From a virus (taxonomy: Duplodnaviria > Caudoviricetes), in the IMG/VR virus record IMGVR_UViG_3300047505_000026, positions 1 to 37,579 of that record: 37,579 bases of DNA. One strand, 5' to 3'. The position numbers were made by a program, and so were the translations under genes. The notes below the pieces were generated by a model. That model had not been told where the DNA came from. It ran no database searches and worked only from the letters and a program-made list of their open reading frames with translations. The stretch's first letter is position 1. Each line of letters starts with the position of its first letter. This document shows positions 8,975 to 15,800 of this stretch, in pieces.

Positions 8975-9838
8975 CTATTTTTTCTTTTTCAACCTCAAAA
9001 CTCTGAATGAGCAAGGCTCTACTACATAGCCCGCCCTGGATTGTTCGAGATTCGTTATAACACCATTAGCACAGAACCCGGACTCCCTGCCGTCAAGCAA
9101 TGCAAGTATTTCGGCCTGATGAAATTCCTTATCGTGCTTCGCCACCGTCTCACGCTCTTTCGCTTCCTGCCAGATTTTGATAAGAGCGTCTGGTATTTCT
9201 ACTTCCCCTTCGAGCGGCCTGATTCGCCTGACAATATCAAGACTCGGCACAATATTCTCCGGCGGTTTGTCGGCAAGTACGTTTTCCTCCCAGAACCTTA
9301 GCGACTTTTCGAGAATCATTTTTACGATTATCTCATCCCTCTTTACAAAGAAATATCCGAAGCCCCGACCGCCTATGAATGTCGGCACGTGGCAGATTTC
9401 CCGCTCCGTTGCCATAAGGTGAACGTGGGCCTGTATGCAGGTATATTCTGGCACTTCGTCCGTTCCAACCTCCCCCCAAGGCATCCGAATAGGATGGTCA
9501 ACACCTTCCGTCTTAACCTCAACCGGGTCCCCGTTGCTTTTGATTATGCCGTCCATATGGTCAACGATTGGCGTACCTCTGACCTGTTTCTCAAGGTCAA
9601 TGGGTGAGGTGATTATCGTCTCACTAAGGAATTTACTAAGCCATTCGAGAATCGGATTTTCGAGAAGATTGCCCGCCGTTATGTAATCCTGTTTCTTCTC
9701 CGGCTCCTGCACCCTGCCTGTCTTTAATAACCAAATGTCATACGAATTGGCATAAGGGGAAAAACCCATAATCGCCGGTATGTCCGACCCGCCCAGGTGA
9801 TTCTTACGTTCCGCTCTCTGTTCCTGTGTTATTGACAT
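8975..9838 (-). CDS. YqaJ-like viral recombination exonuclease
   Basis: R..HLGGSD...IMG.SPY, GNLLE, DG...VEVKT, VPEY..IQ. Confidence 0.9.
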   Translation of the reverse strand: MSITQEQRAERKNHLGGSDIPAIMGFSPYANSYDIWLLKTGRVQEPEKKQDYITAGNLLENPILEWLSKFLSETIITSPIDLEKQVRGTPIVDHMDGIIKSNGDPVEVKTEGVDHPIRMPWGEVGTDEVPEYTCIQAHVHLMATEREICHVPTFIGGRGFGYFFVKRDEIIVKMILEKSLRFWEENVLADKPPENIVPSLDIVRRIRPLEGEVEIPDALIKIWQEAKERETVAKHDKEFHQAEILALLDGRESGFCANGVITNLEQSRAGYVVEPCSFRVLRLKKKK

Positions 9839-9851
9839 TTTTATTCTCCTT

Positions 9852-10088
9852 CTATATCATCATATCAAAACAATCAACGCATAACTTTTTTTGAACTGAC
9901 TTTTTAATCATATTGCAGCTTTCGCAGATTTTATCTTTGCAATACTCACATCTGTCAAAATTTTCAGAGCAATCTGTACAATAAATTCTTAAACAGGCCT
10001 TACACTCAAAGGCCGACTGACCTTTTTTTATTTCTCTTCGACACTTTTCACAGAACAATATGCCGTCATCCTTCTCGTCCGCATCCAT
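9852..10088 (-). CDS. Cys-rich zinc-binding protein (78 aa)
   Basis: Six CxxC pairs; SD ggag. Confidence 0.7.
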   Translation of the reverse strand: MDADEKDDGILFCEKCRREIKKGQSAFECKACLRIYCTDCSENFDRCEYCKDKICESCNMIKKSVQKKLCVDCFDMMI

Positions 10089-10266
10089 TTTTAATCTCCT
10101 GTGTTTTCGGGTGTTGCTGATTATATAATTCTATTGCTCGTCTCTGCTCATTATGAAGCTGCTCGTATCGAGCTATAAGCAAATTCAATTCTTTCATCGC
10201 TCCAAGCTGGTCGCCCTGCAATAAGTTATCCTGCACTATTTTCAAATGTTTAAGCGTAAAACTCAT
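10066..10266 (-). CDS. Hypothetical protein (66 aa)
   Basis: Co-oriented ORF in the operon. Confidence 0.55.
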   Translation of the reverse strand: MSFTLKHLKIVQDNLLQGDQLGAMKELNLLIARYEQLHNEQRRAIELYNQQHPKTQEIKNGCGREG

Positions 10267-10272
10267 AACTAT

Positions 10273-10389
10273 CTACTTCCTGCACTTATGATATTTCAGC
10301 TTTGCAATACTCATTCTCTGCTTACATTTCCTACAAACTGTCATTCCACCAGACCTTTTGTATCTTTTGCTACCTTTATTCCGGCTCAT
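10273..10389 (-). CDS. 38-aa basic zinc-knuckle-like micro-protein (not in ORF track)
   Basis: Manual translation MSRNKGSKRYKRSGGMTVCRKCKQRMSIAKLKYHKCRK* (CxxC...HxC); fills the intergenic gap. Confidence 0.5.
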   Translation of the reverse strand: MSRNKGSKRYKRSGGMTVCRKCKQRMSIAKLKYHKCRK

Positions 10390-10397
10390 AATTTCAT

Positions 10398-11387
10398 CTA
10401 ATTATTGTACTTTAAGACACCAGCCGTTCTTGCGTAATACGTCTCTATCGCACGTATAACATCATCGGCTTTAATCATATCCATACAAGCCGGTATTCGC
10501 AGCGTCTTTTTGCTGGGCAGTTCAAGAAGCAGAGGAGCCTTACCCGGCAGGTCAACCGGATACAAGCATACGCTTTCTTCATCCTTTTTATCACCGTCCC
10601 CTACAAGTTGGCACCTGCTCTTCCAGCATCCACCGTTATCGCAGCACAGCATTGCACCATTTACAGAAAGATACCTGTGATGAGGATATGCCTCCCACTG
10701 GGCAGGCTCCCTGCCGCCGGCGACAACAACGCATGGCCGATTCAGCAAGCCATGCCTAGACTCCACAGCCGCCGCAAGGTGCATGTGCAGGCTTACCACC
10801 GTTGCAACGCCCACAGAATGATATACAAGCCGTATCAACTGCCTCAAATCCGTTTTCCCGATAAGGTCCACTACGCCTTTTAATTCAGGGTGCCAGTGTT
10901 TGCTATCGCCCACCTGAACGAATGTAATCTTGTTCTTGAAGCGGTCAATAACCCTCTGCCATGAGGCTGGATTCCACCATTTCGCGGTAAAATCGTACTT
11001 TCCCCCGGCGTTCAAGAGCCAGAAATCGCTTTTGATTCCCATTTCCTCGACCTGTGAAGTCCAACCTTTTTCTTCATCCGAGATATGAATATCTCCTTTG
11101 AATTTTGTGGGTTTGATTGTTACACTAAGTTTTTCTTCGAGGAACAGCCTGAACCCATGAATAAAGTGATATTGGCATTCGTTCGACTCGTGTATTAGGG
11201 GATAATCGGCCTTGATTACCTCTCCGCCATCTCCTTTTGTAAGGTATGGGTTATTTTCCCATATCTCAGGACAGGCGCTGTCAACGTCAATCTCTATCTC
11301 CGGGTGAGACAGCTTCAAATCCCTGACCGCTGCAGTCAGCATTACTATATCGCCCGGACTCTGATGGTTTTTAAGAACGTATCTCAT
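10398..11387 (-). CDS. GT9-like (ADP-heptose-type, GT-B) glycosyltransferase with C-terminal Cys cluster
   Basis: SPGDIVMLTAAVRDLK, K.W, FVQVG, DLIGKTDLRQLIRLV, SLHMHLAAA; CCDNGGCW..RC...C...CM. Confidence 0.85.
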   Translation of the reverse strand: MRYVLKNHQSPGDIVMLTAAVRDLKLSHPEIEIDVDSACPEIWENNPYLTKGDGGEVIKADYPLIHESNECQYHFIHGFRLFLEEKLSVTIKPTKFKGDIHISDEEKGWTSQVEEMGIKSDFWLLNAGGKYDFTAKWWNPASWQRVIDRFKNKITFVQVGDSKHWHPELKGVVDLIGKTDLRQLIRLVYHSVGVATVVSLHMHLAAAVESRHGLLNRPCVVVAGGREPAQWEAYPHHRYLSVNGAMLCCDNGGCWKSRCQLVGDGDKKDEESVCLYPVDLPGKAPLLLELPSKKTLRIPACMDMIKADDVIRAIETYYARTAGVLKYNN

Positions 11388-11521
11388 AATAAAAAAAACC
11401 CGCCGACCTGGTTACAACTGATGCTAATCGGAGGTGCAGACCGGCGGGCGCAAAAAATGTATAAAGTTTCTCCGTTTGGGCTGTTTAACTTAATATCAAA
11501 TTGAATTAGCATCAGATTCAT
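11384..11521 (-). CDS. Putative leaderless leader peptide (45 aa), coupled to the GT9 gene
   Basis: ATG lies 7 nt downstream of the -10 box; TGA overlaps the GT9 ATG (ATGA); reads through a terminator. Confidence 0.45.
   Translation of the reverse strand: MNLMLIQFDIKLNSPNGETLYIFCARRSAPPISISCNQVGGFFLL
11391..11448 (-). terminator. Leader terminator/attenuator upstream of the replication operon
   Basis: Minus-strand stem cccgccggtctg / caggtcggcggg (2 G-U), 26-nt loop, followed by 8 U. Confidence 0.8.
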
Positions 11522-11528
11522 AATCGCA

Positions 11529-11556
11529 ATTCTACTTTCAATCTCGATACTGTCAA
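11529..11556 (-). promoter_or_regulatory. Sigma70-type promoter, leftward
   Basis: TTGACA-16 nt-TAGAAT with an A/T-rich upstream tract. Confidence 0.7.
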
Positions 11557-11588
11557 AATAAAAATAAAAAAAATTTAAAAGATTTTTC

Positions 11589-11617
11589 TTGCACTCCAAA
11601 ACTCCCGATGTTATTTT
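11589..11617 (+). promoter_or_regulatory. Sigma70-type promoter, rightward (divergent)
   Basis: TTGCAC-17 nt-TATTTT with extended-10 TGn; shares the A/T-rich tract 11557-11588. Confidence 0.5.
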
Positions 11618-11625
11618 CTGAAACA

Positions 11626-11826
11626 ATGACTTTGGAAATAAAACATTTTAATAATACGAACTTGGCCGGCGGATATTTTCCAATTTCATTATCTGTCGGC
11701 CTCTTTTTTGCTTTTCATCACGTCCTCGCAATGAGGACCTCCTTCTGCGAAGCCGGTCATCACTGCATATTTGGCCGGCTTTTTTGTTCGACCATTGGTT
11801 GCTCCATGAGGAGTAATGGTGAATGA
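11626..11826 (+). CDS. Putative leaderless leader ORF (66 aa) spanning four hairpins
   Basis: ATG 8 nt after the -10 box; ends in an ATGA overlap with the 11823 gene. Confidence 0.35.
   Translation: MTLEIKHFNNTNLAGGYFPISLSVGLFFAFHHVLAMRTSFCEAGHHCIFGRLFCSTIGCSMRSNGE
11664..11709 (+). terminator. Leader terminator 1, rightward
   Basis: ggccggcggata / tatctgtcggcc stem (2 G-U), then tctttttt. Confidence 0.7.
11750..11785 (+). terminator. Leader terminator 2, rightward
   Basis: aagccggtca / tggccggctt stem, then tttt. Confidence 0.65.
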
Positions 11827-12038
11827 AGAAGTTTCTAATATTACATTATTCTGTCGCTACTTGGGGGGGACCGAGTGTAATTCTGGATTGTGCTGTGATG
11901 TTTGGTGATAATGAAGATGATATTAAGAAAACTTACCTTACCAAGAATAGTATGGCTGGAAACGTTAATAATTTCAAGTTTAAGGTGTATGATTTAGATA
12001 AGATAACTATTGATACTTTTCTACCGTTTTTTTATTAA
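11823..12038 (+). CDS. Hypothetical protein (71 aa, AT-rich)
   Basis: SD gaggag, which lies in a hairpin at 11791-11820. Confidence 0.6.
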   Translation: MKKFLILHYSVATWGGPSVILDCAVMFGDNEDDIKKTYLTKNSMAGNVNNFKFKVYDLDKITIDTFLPFFY

Positions 12039-12060
12039 AAAGTTTAGTCTTTACTACCGG

Positions 12061-12374
12061 CGCCACAGCGGTATATCTGTGGCGGTCATTACAAATGATT
12101 GAAGGTGCTAAGAGTGAGCAGCATCAAGTCCGGGCGTCTCTTTGAGACAGGACAAGCTTACTGACAATTTTAGTTTTTGTCTGGTGGTTACAGGTACATT
12201 TGACTGAAAACCCCGATGTACCGTTCCGTAAAGGAATCAGAGAGAGTTTGACTGCTACTCGTAGTCCACGTTAAAAAAATTACGCTAAAAGGCTGAAACA
12301 GTCAAAGGAACATCGACACCGTGGCTCCGGTACACGAATGTTAGACTTTTCTCCTTTTTGAGGGGGAAAGTCTA
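12061..12374 (+). ncRNA. Candidate structured non-coding RNA (or structured origin)
   Basis: Region with no ORF in the track, about eight stems, including long-range pairing of 12112-12127 with 12248-12260; G-U pairs favour the + strand. Confidence 0.45.
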
Positions 12375-12451
12375 TCCCGTTCACCAGTTTACGAATGTAT
12401 CATCTTGAGTATGAATGTTAATAAACACTCTATAGTATAAGGGTAATAACA

Positions 12452-12763
12452 ATGCCTATCATTACAGAAGAAATAATAAAGCAAGGTATGAGTCTGAATG
12501 GTTCATGGAATATAGCACAGCTAAAAGCTATATTACCCGCGAAGGAATTTGACAGACCTTATGCCTGGCCTTCGAATGGTTGGAAGAGAAGGTTAATAGG
12601 AAGTGAGGTTTCGCAGGAAAAAATAGATGAGTTTTTAAGATTAAAGAACAGGCATCTTGCTCATAAAACTAAATACCTTCCTAAATTAAGACAACTTGAG
12701 CCCGAATTGTTTTCGCACATGAAAAGTATAAAACAGGAAATCAAAAATGCCTGTAGTGTATAA
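12452..12763 (+). CDS. Hypothetical protein (103 aa)
   Basis: ORF with Trp-rich G.W..AQL...WP..GWK..LIG pattern. Confidence 0.65.
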   Translation: MPIITEEIIKQGMSLNGSWNIAQLKAILPAKEFDRPYAWPSNGWKRRLIGSEVSQEKIDEFLRLKNRHLAHKTKYLPKLRQLEPELFSHMKSIKQEIKNACSV

Positions 12764-12795
12764 GTAAATCTTATTTTGTTATAAGTAAAACTTAT
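12759..12795. repeat. Two tandem palindromic 16-mers (tataagtaaa[t/a]cttat) 21 bp apart
   Basis: Copies at 12759-12774 and 12780-12795, each ataag-N5-cttat. Confidence 0.6.
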
Positions 12796-12801
12796 AATCT
12801 G

Positions 12802-15800
12802 TTAATCGCTGGACGATTTGAACTGTTCGATAAGTTCATTTGCCTGCCTTGCCAATTCTACTCTTAGCCTATCGTTAGTTTTGATTCTCTCTCTTTTTTC
12901 ATTAGTTGTCATATTAGATTGTGCTATCATATCGTTTGATTTTGATAAATCAGATAAAGCAGTTTGATATTTTCTTAATGTTGTGGACAAAACAAGTTTG
13001 GGTTTATTTTTCAGCAACCTTTCTGACTTTACTACATTTCCTGTTTTTATTAAGGCGTTATAGGCAGCGCTTGAGCCAAGAATAGTATCGCAGTTTTTAT
13101 AAAAATCAGCGATTGATTCTGAAGTTGGTCCGATGGCAGGTCTGGTAACAAAACCTTTAACCAATGGGTAATCAGATAATTCTTTTGGCCTGCCAGTGGA
13201 ATTTTCCTTTTTAATGGCACTCACAAGGGTATCTACTCCTTCAAGGGCATATTTTCCCGTGCCGCCAAAATATCCCTGAATGAGATTTTCTATTTTTGCC
13301 GGACTGTAATTGAACCATTCCCCAAGTTTTTTAGCTGTTTTGGTTTCATAACGACCGTATTGTTCTGACTTTGGATATTCTAATTTGTAATCCGGCACTA
13401 ATTCTCTTTCAGTAAAGAAACTTTTATTGGCCCAGTTTTCAATCATAGGTTTTATTGCCGTTGGAATCATTGATTCAACAGGATTTAATCCCACAGGAGA
13501 AGCGGCGTCAATAATTGAAGTGGCAAGCCCATCAAAAGCTTTAGTGTCTTTTGTATCAAGATACGCGAAAAATCTTTCCGGCAATGTGCCGAATACCTGG
13601 CCGTAAATAAAAGGTTTCGGGATTCTGTAATGTGTATCGCCTAATCTTACTATCCAGAACAAATCCTTCTGCCATTGGGGTATTTCTTTATATTCTTCAT
13701 CGTCCCTGTTTCTTAGATATAATAATAAAGAGGGCAGAGTTATAGTCAATGCGCCTTTTATGGCGGTTGAATACGGATGTTTTATGCTATTCCGAATTGT
13801 TTTATCGAATCCCTGTATATTGGCGTTAAGAAAAGCTACCACTGAAGATATATTACTCATCTTGGCTCCGCGTCTGGCAAAATCAACAGTTGCTTCTCTC
13901 GATTCAAATCCAGCCTCTACGGGAGATAATCCTTTTCCTATAGCTCTTTTATAAACAGACAATCTTGTCGCTTGTTCCATAAGCTGACTTATATCTTGTA
14001 AGTCTGTTAGGATGTTTAATTTTTTTAATAATTTAGTGCTTGTGGTAGCAGTGAGTTCTTTATATGCCTTATTAAGAGCCGGCCTGCTCAGTTCGACAAA
14101 ACCTGAATATGCACCACCCGAACGATTCCAGTCCTGATATTCTTTAGATTTGCCGAGAATATCCGCAATAGCCCCTATCTGGTCAACAAACGGTACGAAA
14201 CCAAAACTTGTCTGCATCCCTGCTGTCCAGGTATCTCGCAAAGGATTTCTTACTATAAACTCCGGTGTTATTGTGGCTCCAACTCTCAACCAGTGAGCAG
14301 GCTTCGACAGGATTTTTGCCATAATCCCAGCCCCTTCTTCGTTCAGTCCCGTCATGGATTTGTATAGGTTTTCAGGAACTTCAATATATTTTCTGTGACC
14401 ATTATCGAAGTACTCAATTACGTCGCCTTTGGGTTTAAATTGTGAAGCCCTAAATATAGTAGATTCAACAGGCTCTTTTGAGGTGATTATTCTCTGTGTC
14501 TCTTTGATGACCTGTCTTATTGTTTCGACCGTGTTGGTTCCCGCGGACGGTTTTTCGCCTGGCTTCTGTTTTTTTATTTGAGAAATGAAACTCTCAGCTT
14601 CACCTTCACTGAATCCTCTATGGACGAGTGAATCTTTGACGACTTTTTCAAGTTTTTGCTGCGGTCCAGATATATCCGCATTTTCGCCGCCTTCGGTTCT
14701 GGTTTTCTTTATATCCTCCATTATTTTAGATGTTTTACTTCTAAACTCTTTCACAACAGTTAGAATCTCTTTTGGGTCAACCTTGATTGGATACATCTTA
14801 ATGCGGACAGGGCTTATCTCGTTAGGAAGAACTTCGCCAAGTTTTGCAATACTTTTGGCTATTTGATTGCGTTCGGTTGCCTCAAGTATTTTATATGTAT
14901 TTTTTATCACAGTCTCCATTACGGGTTGGGCTTTAAGACCCTTACTGCCTTTTATTTTTCTGATTGGCGCTCGTGCCTCTGTAAATCTTTTCTTGGATAC
15001 CGGAACGCCGCCTGAGAATACCTCTTCATCAAGAACACGGTCAAAAGGTATATAGTGCTGATTTTCTTTTACGATTTTATCGTAAAGCGCCTGTGATATA
15101 TTTCCTGCGTCAACAAGACTATGTAAGATTCGTTTTTGATATTGATATAGCCTCTGGGCGTGACTTTCTATCTGCGCCAATGCGTCTTGGCCGTATTTCT
15201 TATTCAATACGTCTAACTTTTTCTGGGCTACAGAAACTTCTTCTGGTGAAACTATATTTCTTTCAGCCCCCTCGTATGGCTCTCTCTGTAAATCTTCGAT
15301 AGTCCTTTTTGCTACGAGATAATCGTCAAAATCCTGTTCTCTGATTTTCCTGTTCTTTTCAAAAGATTTTATTGAGGAATCATAACTATCGAGAATAGGT
15401 TTCAAACCTTCCCCTGTAGTTATAATTTTGCCGTCCGGCCTGATTAAATAAGTTTTATCATTCAATACTGATTCGACTTTGCGAGCCATACCGAGATAGC
15501 CTCTTGCTCTTAAAGCAGCGTTTTCACCCGGCTTTACCTTCATACCGAGTTTTTGAGCCTTTTTAACGGTACTTTCGATAGAAGAAAATCTATTTACAAA
15601 ATCCTGATATAAAGACTCAGCTCCTTGTCTTAATTGTTTAGGTCCCGGAATATCCCAGAACATAGTAAGAAAGCCACCTGCGGCTCTTTTTGCGTTAGAT
15701 TTAACTATCTCATTGCCGGGTATTTGTGTTTCTGCTTCTTTTGCTGCGATAGTACCGATTTTCGGCTTCACCGGCTCGGCGGGCTGCTTCTCGGCTTGTG

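Noticed and set aside
11522-11626. N-terminal extension of the 80-aa ORF 11384-11626 in the track
   Set aside because: It runs across both promoters and the A/T tract; the ATG at 11521 just after the -10 box is the more plausible start.
12236-12268. Group I intron-like words (tcagaga ... tagtcc)
   Set aside because: The canonical P7 pairing (AGAGACUA with UAGUC) is not matched and no interrupted gene is evident. Kept only as part of the generic structured-RNA candidate.
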